From: the human T2T-CHM13v2.0 reference genome, Homo sapiens
Reading direction: 5' to 3' (one strand)
Assembly: GCF_009914755.1 (NCBI RefSeq)
Contig: NC_060937.1
Length of the DNA stretch: 64,000 nt
Positions within the stretch are counted from its first letter, which is position 1; each line of letters begins with the position of its first letter. The translations under genes were made by a program, and so were the position numbers. A model generated the notes under the pieces. It worked only from the letters and a program-made list of their open reading frames with translations. It was not told the DNA's origin and made no database searches. Shown here piece by piece: positions 33,761-46,179 of the stretch.

Positions 33761-34080
33761 AAGTCATGCATCACTGAAAGATGAGGATACCTTCCAATAA
33801 ATGTGTGGTTAGGGGATTTTGTTGTTGTGTGAACATTATAGAGTATGTTTACACAGATCTAGAAGGTATAGCCCACTACACACTTAGGCTATATGAGCCA
33901 ATGCTCCCAGGCTATAAACTTGTATAGCATGTTACTGTACTGAATGCTAGAGATAATTGTAACAGTATGGTAAGCATTTGTGTATCTAAACATATCTAAA
34001 ATTAAAATGCTACAGTGAAAATATGGTATTATAATAGGACTACCATCATTGATCAAATATTGTCATGCAGTTCATGACTG
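33761..34080 (-). mobile_element. Tigger3a (TcMar-Tigger)
   Basis: TIRs agtcatgc.../...catgactg. Internal gtgtgaacattatagagt, gctcccaggctataaac and gcatgttactgtactgaat. Confidence 0.88.
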
Positions 34081-36203
34081 CATTAAAAAGTAGCTCAGCA
34101 AAAAATAGAAAAACCTACAGAAGCAAAAGGAAAACATCAAGGACATATTATAGTCAAAAGTTAGGTTACTACAAACCATCAAATCCTACTTAGGTTTTAC
34201 AGAAGAATCAGAAATATGCCTCTATGCCTTCCAGAGATATAATCAGTGATGTAATCTACAGAATCCGTAAGATATAAACAAACTCTTTCCTATTACAAGA
34301 ATGGAAAGAAACTTAAACCTTAGGTACTAATGCATAACAAGCCATGCAATATAATGCATAGGAATTTCAACAACAAAAACAAGGCTGTTTCTTATCTCTC
34401 AGTGTAAACCCATATAATCTTGGCAATGTGTAGTTCAATAAAAGCTGTTCGACAGGAAGCCAGAACAATTTTGTCCACCTCTGTAGCAGTCTGTTGTTCT
34501 GAACAATACAATGAGAAAATTGAGAGTCACTATAGCAATGGTTTTCAAAATGTGTTCTAGTGGAGGATCTTGGCTTCCAGGCAGAAAACAATCAACTTTT
34601 AATTCTTAGAGGGCTGCATGAAGTTTGCTTGAAAACAATTTTTAATTAAAAACAATAGTAAGTCTTTAAAATTTAATTTTAGTGTAATTGGTGGTCTGCT
34701 TTTTCTTTAGTCTTCCATAAATACTAATTCTCTTAGTTGAGCTTTTGGTATTAATTAAAGACATATTAAGCACCGACCACTAGAAAAACTGGCTCAAATA
34801 AAACTATTCAAATTGCTGGCTAAGCATAGAATGCATGCTTAAAGAGCCAGAAAAGCTGGGTATAGCATTGACATTCTCTTGCAAAGGTTGCAGCCTTACA
34901 AAGGCACACATCTCATTAGAAAGTCACCCACACAAAGTTTGGGATGGGAGAGCATCCAGAGGCAAAGCCAGGATTGTCCTCCAATATTGTTGTGGTCCGC
35001 ACTAATATTCAGACAGAAAGATTATCAGCGCTCATAGTGTAATATTATGACCCCCAAAGGGCCGTATTCCATGGAAGAAGCTTTGTATGTATTTGAGTGT
35101 ATTCTCAGGGGCCTACTAGATATCAGGAAATGTATTAACTGGCCTTATCATTTCAAACAATTAAATGAAGGTAGAATAAAGAAGTGTTATTATGATAGTG
35201 GTAAGATCATAGTTAGAGAAGTCAAGAGTTTCAGAACCACCTAGACAACCATTCACTCAAGAACAATGCAGGTCCAGATGACAAAACAACTAAATTTTTA
35301 TTATTTGCTGAACAGCAGCCCCACATACCAATGCTGAGATTTGAAGAGCTAAGCTGCTAGGATGCACCCTGGGAAAAGGCTTGTGCAATGCAGTCCTAGA
35401 AAAACTAAAACCAAAGCTGGACAAATGATCTTCTTTGTCTATTCACAGCTCAAATCCTATAAAAGACTATACCCAAGAGTACCAGAAAAACAGGTAAGTG
35501 GATGTGTTTAGTTAGTATAGATATATTAATAATTATCCTTATAAAATTTTATTCTTAGAAAATATAGTCAATCAGCCCATGTTCTGACATCTAGATCTCT
35601 TCTTGGTGAAATTAGGCAGGTAGGAAGACAAAAGGGGTTAAGTGAGGAGAAAGGTGTATAGAATTCCTTTCCTAGAAACCAATATTCCCTGGGATGTTGT
35701 TTGTATATGGTTAACTAGGAACACAGCTATTCCACTCAAGTAAGATCAATGGAATATAGTACTAGAGAAGTCCCACTGAAAACTTTCTGTCACTTTCGCT
35801 TTCTGTCTATATATCTTCTTGGGACTAGTAAGATACAGACATACACACATCTTCTCCAACAGTTATGAATGACTCTTAATTATTTCCCCTGAAAGATTAT
35901 CCAAAGGGTCAAGGAACAATATTCTTTTATTCCCTTTCTTTTTCTGTTGAATTCCATCTTCCTAAGAACTAAGGGGCATGTGGAGGTCAAAGCTTTAGAA
36001 AGAAAGTGGTATGTCAGCAGTTCCTGAAGAGGGCTCACGAGAGCTGTCCAATACTAGCAGAGCTGAAACCAGACCTCACCATGGCTCTTGGGTCCTGAGA
36101 CCGGATAGCACTTACAGAGCTTTGGTTTTCTCCTTTGTAAAATAGGAAGGGTGTTGACTTTACGTCTATGATTTGTTACATCTCTTCAGCCAAAGTGATT
36201 CAA

Positions 36204-36347
36204 CTGAGCCCCATTCTCTATCAGACCCTTTTCCCATGACCCACGTACTTATGCAGTGCTCAGAGAAAGCCTGAGCCCCATTCTCTATCAGACCCTTTTC
36301 CCATGAACCACGTACTTATGCAGTGCTCAGAGAAAGCCTGAGCCCCA
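36204..36347. repeat. 67-bp tandem duplication (2 copies plus 10 bp)
   Basis: Units start at 36204, 36271 and 36338 (ctgagcccca). One mismatch between the copies. Confidence 0.97.
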
Positions 36348-36444
36348 CAACAAACAAAACCGCAGTATGTTCTTTCTTTTCCATTGCTGGTCAAGAACAT
36401 TTCCAATAAAGTGGAGATGGTGCATGAATAACAGGGGGTGACGT

Positions 36445-36566
36445 TCTGCAGTTCTGGAGGCTGGAATTCCTAGACCAGAGTGTCAGCACAGTCAACTTCT
36501 GGTGAGGGTCCTCTTCTGGGTTGCAGACTTCCAATTTCTCTTTGATTCCTCATGTAACAGAGAATG
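36445..36566 (-). mobile_element. MLT1A-like MaLR LTR fragment
   Basis: cagttctggaggctggaa...ttctggtgagggtcctcttctgggttgcagact. Confidence 0.7.
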
Positions 36567-37559
36567 CTGAGTTGTTCCTATTCTAATTGTAATGTTGTAG
36601 TACTACGTTCTTTTATAACATTCAACTAAGTTCACAAAACATAATTTTATAATGACCGTTAAATCAGAGTTGAACCCATATGCTACAGCGCTAGCAACAT
36701 GATACAGAGAAAAAGGTTCACCTTTCTTTAATAAGGTATCAGTACAAATGCTCTCCAGTTATTAAGTATATTTCTATCCTACAGAGAATTTAAAATCCCC
36801 CCAAAATTTTTCACCCTGAAAAATTAAAAATGTGTTCAAAAATAGATTTTTTTTCTGTCACTGGAATACTTGAAGCTCCTTTAGAGTATTTCAACCCCAA
36901 GTTTTTAGTGTAACTATCCCATTTTCCAAAGCTAACAAAAGTCAGTCATCATTTTTATAAATTGTTGCTCCATCAAAACAAAGTTCAGTTCTAAATGGGA
37001 GAATTTTAAATTTTATTATATTAGGGTAACCTTTTTCACAGCATCAATATAATGTAGTAATAAACTGTTTTCTTACTATGTCAGTGAGAACAGGTTTGAG
37101 AATCCAACAGATTTCTATTGGTACAAGGAAAACTAATCTCCTATCAAAGGATCAGTCAATTAAATGTCCTTGCAAGGGAGTCTTCTGACCATGCATTAGG
37201 GTTGCATTAGGCTGCACCATATCATCGTGAGACAGTCATCATGCGTATTTTAATTTTTCTCCTTGAGGATTTCCACTCAACTTCTTGTGCCTAACATGTG
37301 TGATTCTAAATTGAACCAATGGTTATAAGTTGTTTATTTCAAGTAGCATTTATAGATTTGGCAAAAACACTGAACTTAGTAGGTTGCTAATTAATTAAAG
37401 CTAATTGCTCTTACCCCTTAACTGTTTAGGTGATTGTAAATTAATTTCCTTTAATTGTTGCTAATCCACTATTTGGATAATTGTCTATACATATGTTCAA
37501 TGTGTTTCCTATTTTATAGCATAGGAGCTGAATTTCCTACATTCGAACTACCACTCTTT

Positions 37560-37591
37560 ACTTGATCTTAGCCAAAAGGCTTAGAGATGAT
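37560..37591 (-). pseudogene. 3'-truncated U2 snRNA retrofragment (about the first 32 nt)
   Basis: acttgatcttagccaaaaggc is the exact reverse complement of U2 GCCTTTTGGCTAAGATCAAGT, followed by a degenerate U2 5' end. Confidence 0.8.
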
Positions 37592-37786
37592 CTCTCCAAA
37601 CCGCTCTTGTCAGAATCTGCCTGGGTGAGCCTTTTTGAAATATATCTCCTCGGCTCCTTCTCTCCTCTAGACACCAACCGTTTATTCTTAAGGCCTGGGC
37701 CCAAAGCTCTCATCTGTTCTGTATTCTGTTATTTAATATCCACAAGGCTTCATTGCTAAATATTCTACTTGTTCCCTACCATCAAG

Positions 37787-38195
<409 letters not shown>

Positions 38196-38215
38196 TAATC
38201 TACAAATAGTGATTC

Positions 38216-38556
38216 TGTTATGGTTTGGATATTTGACTTCTTCGTACCTCATGTTGAAATTTGATCCCCAGTGTTGGAGGTGACGCCTGCGTGGAGGTGT
38301 TTGGGTCATGGAAGTGGATCCCTCATGAATGGGAGTGAGTTCTCGATGTATTAGTTCCCTCCAGAGCTGGTAGTTAAAAAAGAGCTTGGCACCTCCCATC
38401 TCTCTTGCTTCCTGTCATGCCATGGAAGCAGCCTGGGGCTTTCATCAAATGCCCAATCTTCTAGCCAGCAGAATCGTAAGCCAAATAGACCTCTGACCTT
38501 TATAAATTACCCAGTTGCAGGTATTCCTTTATAGCAACACTAAATGGACTAAGACA
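38216..38556 (+). mobile_element. MSTB1-like MaLR solo LTR
   Basis: tgttatggtttggatatttg...ttataaattacccag...ggtattcctttatagcaacactaaatggactaagaca, with TG...CA ends. Confidence 0.9.
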
Positions 38557-38694
38557 AATACTCAGCATTAAAAAAAGTGACATGTCAGTAAATCCAAACA
38601 TATCATATCATGGGTAAAGCCTTACTACAAAATGCAATGATAATATAGAATAATCAAGGGCCAGCATGCATGGTTTACACAATAAGTGCTGTCA

Positions 38695-38872
<178 letters not shown>

Positions 38873-39065
38873 TTTCCCAAAGAAAAAGAAAAAGAAGAGA
38901 TACATGTTGGGAGGTTAAATGTCATTAACATTATTTTCTTCATGGCCTTTGCAGCAACATGGATGGAACTGAGGCCGTAATCCTAAGCGAATTAACACAT
39001 GAAAAGAAAACAAAATACCACATGTTCTCACTTGTAAGTGGGAGATAAACACTGAGTATACATGG

Positions 39066-39139
39066 TGTGTTAGTCAGGGTTCTCTAGAGGGACAGAACTA
39101 ATAAGAGATAGAGAGAGGGAGATAGATAGATAGATAGAT

Positions 39140-39172
<33 letters not shown>

Positions 39173-39563
39173 AAGAAAGAAAAGTATTAAGTAGAAAAGG
39201 GGTTTATTAAGTATTAACTTACACAAAAATGAGGTCCCACAATCTACTGTCTGCAAGCTGAGGAGCAAGGAGAGTCAGTCCGAGTCTCAAAACTGAAGAA
39301 CTTGGAGTCCGATGTTGGAGGGCAGGAAGTATCCAGCACGGGAGAAAGATGTAGGCTGGGAGGCTAGGCAAGTCTCGCCTTTGAGGTTTTTCTGCCTCCT
39401 TTATATTCTTGGAGAGCTGATTAGATTCTGCCCACCAGATTAGGGATGGGCCTGCCTTCCCCAGCCCACTGACTCAAATGTTAATCTCCTTTGGCAACAC
39501 CCTCACAGACACACCCAGGATCAATACTTTGTATCCTTTAATCCAATCAGGTTGACCATCACA
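39066..39563 (-). mobile_element. MLT2A1/A2 (HERV-L) solo LTR
   Basis: The reverse complement begins tgtgatggt...gattggattaaaggatacaaagtattgatcctgggtgtgtctgtgagggtgttgccaaagg. Perfect 5-bp TSD catgg at 39061-39065 and 39564-39568. Confidence 0.93.
39102..39184. repeat. Compound (GATA)n/(GAAA)n STR inside MLT2A
   Basis: Interrupted gata runs followed by gaaa. Confidence 0.93.
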
Positions 39564-41246
39564 CATGGACACAAAGAAGGGAACAATAGACACTGGGGTC
39601 TATTTGAGGTAGAGACTGAGAGGATGGTGAGGATTGAAAACCACCTATTGGGTATTATGCCGATTTCCTGGATGACACAATTATTTGTACACCAAACCCC
39701 TGAGACATGCAATTTACCCCTGTACCAATACTGCACAGGTACCGCTTGATCCTAAAGTAAAAGTTGGAATGAAAAAAATAATAATAATAAATGTTTTTAC
39801 AAGTGAAAAAAATCCATCATTCTTTGTAGAAAAATGCCAATTTTCATTTTTTAAAACTTCTATAAACTAAACTTAAAGCAGACATACATGCACATTAATT
39901 TATGCATTATGTCATAACAATATTGCTGATTTAGTTCTCTTTTTCATCTTTAACTTAACATGTGAACTGATTTTAAATATACAAAGATGAAATATTATTA
40001 ACTATCAAGAATCTGATTTACAGAGGATTCACGACAGATTAACCTAAAACTCATTAATCTAAATAAAAGAGAACTATAATGTATTTTTCCCCAGGAAAGC
40101 AATAGTAGTTAATAGAAATACGTCCAAAGTATTTCATACATTCATGAGCCAAATGTGCATGGAGGGAAGCTGATAGAGAGATCTATAAGGAACCAGAGAC
40201 TTGTCTTTTAAAAAACTGTAGATCTGAGAATAACAATCAGATAAAATATAATTTAAAGGTTCCAAGAAGCCCTGATTTTATACCTTAATGAGATGATTGT
40301 AAGCCAGATATTTTTTAAACTTCTCAAAGATTTTCAAATTGCTGCCTGTGGAATATGTTATTATATTAAAATCTAGGAACCATTCCAACTACTTTAACAA
40401 CATTTTTAAGTAAATAAAAGATTTGGAAATTGTATTACCCATGTTATTTACAATTATATGTGAATAAAGGAAAAGAATCATGTTGATTTCTACATACCTT
40501 CTGTATATCTATTCAAATTTGAAAGAGAACAGCAAAATCCCACACCTAATGGGCCTCTCTCCTTATTTAGGAGAAATAATTACAAATTTCTCTTCCATCA
40601 ATATAGAACTTCCATGAAATGTTCTAGCAGTTGGGCTGCCCCACAAGGTAACTTCCACAAATCGTTTGCATCAAATCTGACTTTAGCAGCTTCCTTAGGC
40701 AAATTCAGCTGGTATATTTTATCAGGTAAAATGTATAATGTGTGCCTATATGTATATTCCACGTCTATCCACATTTATCACCTCTATATCAATTTAGTTT
40801 TGCAGTGTGAGAATGTGATAACATTTCCACATTAATCTTCACTTAAATAGAGTTTCTTTGGGCTTTTGCTGTATAAACCAATGTTCTTACTGCCTTTGTG
40901 TTTGGCAGTTATAAATATTTCATAAAGCATAATATAGCTCGGCTGCTTTTTATTTTACAGGAGTAGCAGTTAGGACTGTTAGTTCAGCATATGTCATTAA
41001 CATTTTCATATCTTGGAACTGGAGCCCATTTATTAAGTATAAAGGTCCACATAGCTTGGAGAAGAATAAAGACAACTGAGTTCACCATATCTGTAGCTTT
41101 AAATATTGAAGCATAGTGCCATCTGGCGGGAGAAAGAAATTTAGAGGAGAGATATGAAGCACAGTGTCCCCACAGATCACAGGACACTGGGGAAAAGACA
41201 AGCTCAGATACACAAAGCAGAGATAAGGTGTCCCTCCTTTATTATA

Positions 41247-41490
41247 ATTTTCTTCAATTTTTATTTTAGAATCAGGGGGTGCATGTGCAGGTTTGTTGCA
41301 AAGGTATATTGACTGTTGCTGAGGTTTGGAGTACAAATGAATGTGTCACCCAGGCTGTGAGCATAGTACCCAGCGTTAGTTTATCAACTCTTGCCCAACC
41401 CCCCTTCCGCCCTCTTCTTATATTTCCAGGTGTCTCTTGTTTCCATCTTTATGTCTATATGTGCCCAATGTTTAGCCCTCAAATTTCAGT
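41247..41490 (-). mobile_element. L1PA16-like 3' end
   Basis: tcagggggtgcatgtgcaggtttgtt...gctgaggtttggagtacaaatga...gagcatagtaccc. Confidence 0.85.
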
Positions 41491-41614
41491 TGTGAATAAG
41501 GACACAGTGCTCAGGGGAGAGTTAAGGCCTTGCTGCAGGACTGTAGCAAGCCAGGCGCTCACTAAGGTATCTCAGATAGGAGAAATGGTCAGATCCTCTC
41601 AATCTACATGTCTT

Positions 41615-42150
41615 GTTTCATTCATTCACTTTTCATTCATTCTTTCATCTCTCTGTTCATTTAACATCTATCTGCTGAGCACCATTCTAAGTGCTGAGGA
41701 TACAGCTATGAATAAAGCAGACAACATCCTTGGCATCATGAAGTGTACATTCTGGTGGAAGGACATAGACTATAAACCAATGTATCAAGTGACATGTTAA
41801 ATGCTCTGGAGAAATAATTAAGCAGAGTATGACACTTGAGGGTTGTCTCCGGGAAGGGTAGAGAAGAGGTGCTATCTCCTGTAAAGTGGCCAGGGAAGAC
41901 CGCTCTAATTTTGTGACATTCAAGCAGCTAACTGGGTCAAATGTAAGAGCAAACCATGAAGATACCTGAGAGAAGAGCATCTCAAGCAGGAAGAAGAAAA
42001 AAACGCCAAGGCTCTGAGAAAAGTGCCTGGATTTTCAAGGAACAGGTGACTATGGTAGGGTAGAGTGAGCGAGGGGAAGGCTCAGATTAGGAGAGGTTGG
42101 AGGAGGGGGCAGGACAGATTATGTCCGGCTGTTGGCACATTGTTTACCCA
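41615..42150 (-). mobile_element. L2a 3' region
   Basis: ttcattcattca...ctaagtgctgaggatacagctatgaataaagcagac...gtggccagggaagac...gtgacatt. Confidence 0.8.
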
Positions 42151-42244
42151 TCCCAGAGACAATGCCTCCAAGCATGCATGTGTAGACCCCACAGAAGAGA
42201 GTGCTTACTACTTTCAACTGAAAGAGGGCAAGAGAAATTCACCT

Positions 42245-42890
42245 CATTTATACATTAAGTAAATATTCATGGGTGCCTATTATTTGCTATTCTTTGTGCA
42301 GAATGCTGAAAACATGTAGATAAATATGATGTTCTCAATTATGTCAGCCTAATGGGGGAGATAAGTAAAATAACAACTAGAATAAACTACCACAAATACC
42401 ATAGAAATATTATGGGCTATATATTTATGGGGCCATAACATAATAACTTTAGGTAAAATTCATGACAGTCTTCTGAAAAAATATGAGATTAAGATGTATC
42501 TTAATGACTGAGGTGTGCCGGGCACAGTGGCTCATGCCTGTAATCCCAGCACTATGGGAGGCAGAGGCGGGAGGATTGCTGGAGGTCAGGAGTTTGAGAC
42601 CAGCCTGGCCACAATGGTGAAACCCTGTCTCTACTAATACAAAAATTAGCAGGGCGTGGTGGTGTGCACCTGTAATCCTCTCTACTCGGGAGGCTGAGGC
42701 ACAAGAATCACTTGAACCTGGGTGGCGGTGGTTGCAATGAGCTGAGATTGTACCACTGCACTCCAGCCTGGGTGACAGAGCAAGACTTTGTCTTAAAAAA
42801 AACAAAAAAACAGACTGAGGTGTATCTTAAAGACAGAAAGAAAAAAGAAAAATACCATTCTGACAAGAGGGAACATTATATTCAATGATG
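42245..42890 (-). mobile_element. L2 fragment interrupted by an Alu
   Basis: taaatattcatgggtgcctat...taaactaccacaaatacc...cattctgacaagagggaaca. Confidence 0.5.
42517..42812 (+). mobile_element. AluSz/Sx
   Basis: Full dimer. TSD gactgaggtgt at 42506-42516 and 42813-42823. Confidence 0.93.
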
Positions 42891-43125
42891 TTAACATTTC
42901 TGATATGTTTGATAGCGTGCCAGGTACTGTTCAATGTGCTTCAATAGATTAACTTATTTCATCTTCACAACAACCTTATAACCATTACTAGTTTCATTTT
43001 ATATATGAAGAAACTGAGGCTCAGAGATATTAAGGAATTAACCCAAGTGTATTGAATTCTTGTCATGGAACTGGGATTTGCACACTGGCAGCTTGGATTC
43101 AGAGTTTCTGTTATAATCCACATGT
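42890..43125 (-). mobile_element. MIR
   Basis: gtgccaggtactgtt...tcttcacaacaacct...atgaagaaactgaggctcagaga. Confidence 0.85.
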
Positions 43126-44103
43126 AATTTTACCTTAGTAACAGACTCTGAGATACAACAGATGACATGTTTCTAAGAAAGGCAAGAAGTGTACTTAAAT
43201 AAAGAAAAAACATGAAATAGTAGAGAGAGTGGGGATCGAAACAAGCAAAGATAGACAAATGACAAACTTGTAAAACTATTTTCTACAAATATCCAATGAT
43301 CTTGGGAGTTCTTCTGTCCTACTTTAATATGGTACTCAAATTCCCATGGTGATTTGTATGGGGCCATGCCCATACTACACTTAGAAGGTACCTAGTTGCA
43401 TCCTTTCAAGAGGCCAGTAGAGAGAGGGCTGGAGGTGCTGCTCTTAGTTCCCCGCCTATATGACAGGGAAGAGATCCAGAGCTGCCTGCATGCTACGGCA
43501 GGAGCCAAGAAAGAGATAACAGTGGCCTTCGATTGAGAGAAGGTGGAGTCCAGGCAAGAAAGGTATGGAAGTCAGGACCAACATAAGGGGCTAAGAATGG
43601 GACCAAAGATACCAGTGATGGATGCAGTTCCCAAGGACATGTGAGTCCTAGTAGAGCGGCAGCACATGCTGTCAGAACAGAGACCAACAGAAAAGCCCAT
43701 GTGAGAGATACATCTCAGTAGTAAGAGAAATGATGACACAGACACTTCACAGCAGCTACCACAGTGCTTCCCAACGTTTTTTCCTTCCCCAGAAAGGAGA
43801 AGGGAAAGCCCTTTAGAAGAGAGTCCTGAGTTATTAACAACGTATGTGAAAAATGATTTTAAGTAGAAAAAGATGTATTTAATTTAAGTGACCAGATGGC
43901 CTTTTCTGCCATCTGTGCAAATTTAACTCATGAGAATGTTAAATTTCTGAGTTAAACACTTGAGTTGCTGTGTAAATTTTAGGTTGACTTCTCATCTATG
44001 GTATCTTCTCATGAGAAGCAATAGAAAGAAAACTGTTGTATAGTATCACCGAGAATGGGTAGTACTCAAATAAATATTTTATAATAAAATCATACATTGA
44101 GAG

Positions 44104-44105
<2 letters not shown>

Positions 44106-44147
<42 letters not shown>
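44106..44147. repeat. (GT)21 microsatellite
   Basis: Perfect GT run. Confidence 0.98.
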
Positions 44148-44150
<3 letters not shown>

Positions 44151-44304
44151 GTAAAACTTCAGCAAGGTAATATGTTATTGTGCTTTCATATAAATTCTAT
44201 TTAGAACCAATACATCATTTAATTTATTTTAGCTTCATTTGAACAAGTTGTCAAACTTGAATCTGATTTTTTAAACCACACTGCCATTTACTGGAAAAAC
44301 ACAA

Positions 44305-44570
44305 AATGATTAAGAACCTGTAGTCTAGAACCAAATTCTGTGTGTCCTCCATTTTGGAATCCTCCAAAAATCCTAGCACCTCCATTTTTCTATATATGTG
44401 ACTTCGGTGAAGCTAATTTCTCTTTGTTTCAGTTTCCTCATTTGTAAAACAGAAATAATAATACCTACCGCATGCAGTTCTTAAATGGATTCGATATATT
44501 AATATTATTAAAGGGCTTGCAGTAGTGCCTGGTATATATTGAACTACATTAAGTTGTAGCTATTGTTAAT
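44305..44570 (+). mobile_element. MIR
   Basis: tcagtttcctcatttgtaaaacagaaataataatacctacc...agtgcctggtatat. Confidence 0.8.
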
Positions 44571-45000
44571 ATATCTTTAAGGATGTCTTACTCAAGAGAT
44601 CTTTTTAAAACATAAACAGACTAGGGTCTTGAATAACAAGTATAATCACCAGTGATCAATATTACCCAGTTAAATTAGCTCTATGGAACAACAGTGATAT
44701 ATCAATGATATTAAATTTATAAGCCTCTAAACATGATTTACTATTCTTCTTTATTTTTATCTTGCTGCTTTTCCAATGCCTGGAATAGCTGAGATGTCAT
44801 ATTGCTTCCTTATTCTGATATTTACAGAAACAATCCCCAGTAGAGAATGTATTAATACATTACCCAATCTTTAAATGTATTTTATATCTCTGATATTTAC
44901 ACTGACGATTTGCTTTTCAAGTTTTCATCTTACAAGCTTTCTCAATGAGAATGCAATACAAGATTAAAAGAGAAATCGTTGAAAATACAATTTCTTTTTT

Positions 45001-45308
45001 TTTTAATAAAGAAAAAAGGTTTAATTGACTCACAGTTCCACATGGCTGGGGAGGCCTCAGGAAACTTACAATCATAATGGAAGGCACTTCTTCACAGGGC
45101 AGCAGGAGAGAGAATGAGAGTTGAGCAAAAAGGAAAGCCCTTTATAAAACCATCAGATCTCATGAGAACTCACCCACTATCACAAGAATAGTAGGGGGAA
45201 AACCACCCTCATGATTTAATTATCTCCACCTGGTCTGGCCCTTGACATGTGGGGATTATTACAATTGAAGGTGGGATTTGGGTGGGGACACAGAGCCAAA
45301 CCAGATAA
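45001..45308 (-). mobile_element. THE1D-like MaLR LTR lacking its 3' (U5) end
   Basis: ggtttaattgactcacagttccacatggctggggaggcctcaggaaacttacaatc...gggtggggacacagagccaaacca. The terminal 50 bp or so are absent and a T-run lies at 44991-45004 instead. Confidence 0.9.
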
Positions 45309-45920
45309 AATATTTTTAGTTATACAAAAGTTTTGAATGAGAATGAAAATGGCTTATTTGTGTTTCCTTGGCTTTAACCACATGCTGATTGTACTTCAGG
45401 AAGAGTCTCTAAAATTGTAAAAAAGAAACTTCAAAAACACGCTCAAATGGTTTCTACTCTGCCAAAATTGCTGGGCTTTAGATTATCCAAAATGAAACTT
45501 GCATTTCTGGCCATGGATGATTTGACTGAGGATTCATGCCTTCATTGCCTAAGGCAATTACAGATGGATTTGGTACTAGAGAAGACATCCACTTCCACCT
45601 AGTCTGTTTGAAACCCCATGCAATAGGAGGGCCTCTTGTGAACAAATCAAATCCTCTTTTTAAGGAAATAAAAATTATCGATGAAAATGGAGATACGTCT
45701 CCTTTGGTCTGGCCATTATGCGAAATAAAACTCAGTAAACTTATCACCTGTTCAAGGTAGCACTTATTTGCTCCCTTGTAGCTGTCAGATAGCTGCACAA
45801 AATTTAAAAAATATATTTTACTGAGGTTTTCTAGTTTTTCCCAGTGTGAAGAAATGGCCTGTAACAAGCTAGTCTTAACACTACCAGCAATGGACATTCT
45901 GTCATAGGTGTTTGTTTTTT

Positions 45921-45924
<4 letters not shown>

Positions 45925-45951
<27 letters not shown>
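45925..45951 (+). repeat. A27 homopolymer
   Basis: Pure A run flanked by the repeat aagtaaaa. Confidence 0.95.
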
Positions 45952-45954
<3 letters not shown>

Positions 45955-46179
45955 AGTAAAATGATACAAAATTGAAATCCAGCTTTGTCATCTGTTAAGT
46001 TCGAAAATTTTTGTGTATTTCTTAGTAAATCCTCCAGTTTATTTGTTTAATCAGGATAAAATTACAACATTTTACATATCATATTTTATTATGTCTTGAT
46101 TCTTTAATATAACATATATTCACATTTTATACTTATTTACTGTATTCATCTTTTCTTTAAGGTCCTTTGAAATTTCATA

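Larger units (their letters stand above)
38935..39791 (+). mobile_element. L1PA15/16-like 3' end, split by MLT2A
   Basis: gcagcaacatggatggaactg...tacatgg [LTR] catggacacaaagaagggaacaatagacactggg, then an A-rich tail. Confidence 0.88.

Noticed and set aside
36204-36347. Direct repeats resembling a CRISPR array (also 50822-51010)
   Set aside because: Head-to-tail duplications with no unique spacers, no cas genes and a eukaryotic context.
40561-40571. CArG-like ccttatttagg
   Set aside because: It has 7 rather than 6 A/T bases between CC and GG, so it is not a canonical SRF site.
41279-41800. 173-aa ORF
   Set aside because: It runs through an antisense L1 3' UTR and an L2, so it is a chance open frame.
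43300-43960. Possible ancient Gypsy-type (MamGyp) LTR
   Set aside because: The texture is suggestive, but I cannot define termini or a family.
45478-45951. 139-aa ORF region next to an A27 run, as a possible processed pseudogene
   Set aside because: No recognisable protein homology. The long ORF is on the opposite strand to the A tail, there is no nearby poly(A) signal, and the flanking repeat encloses only the A run.
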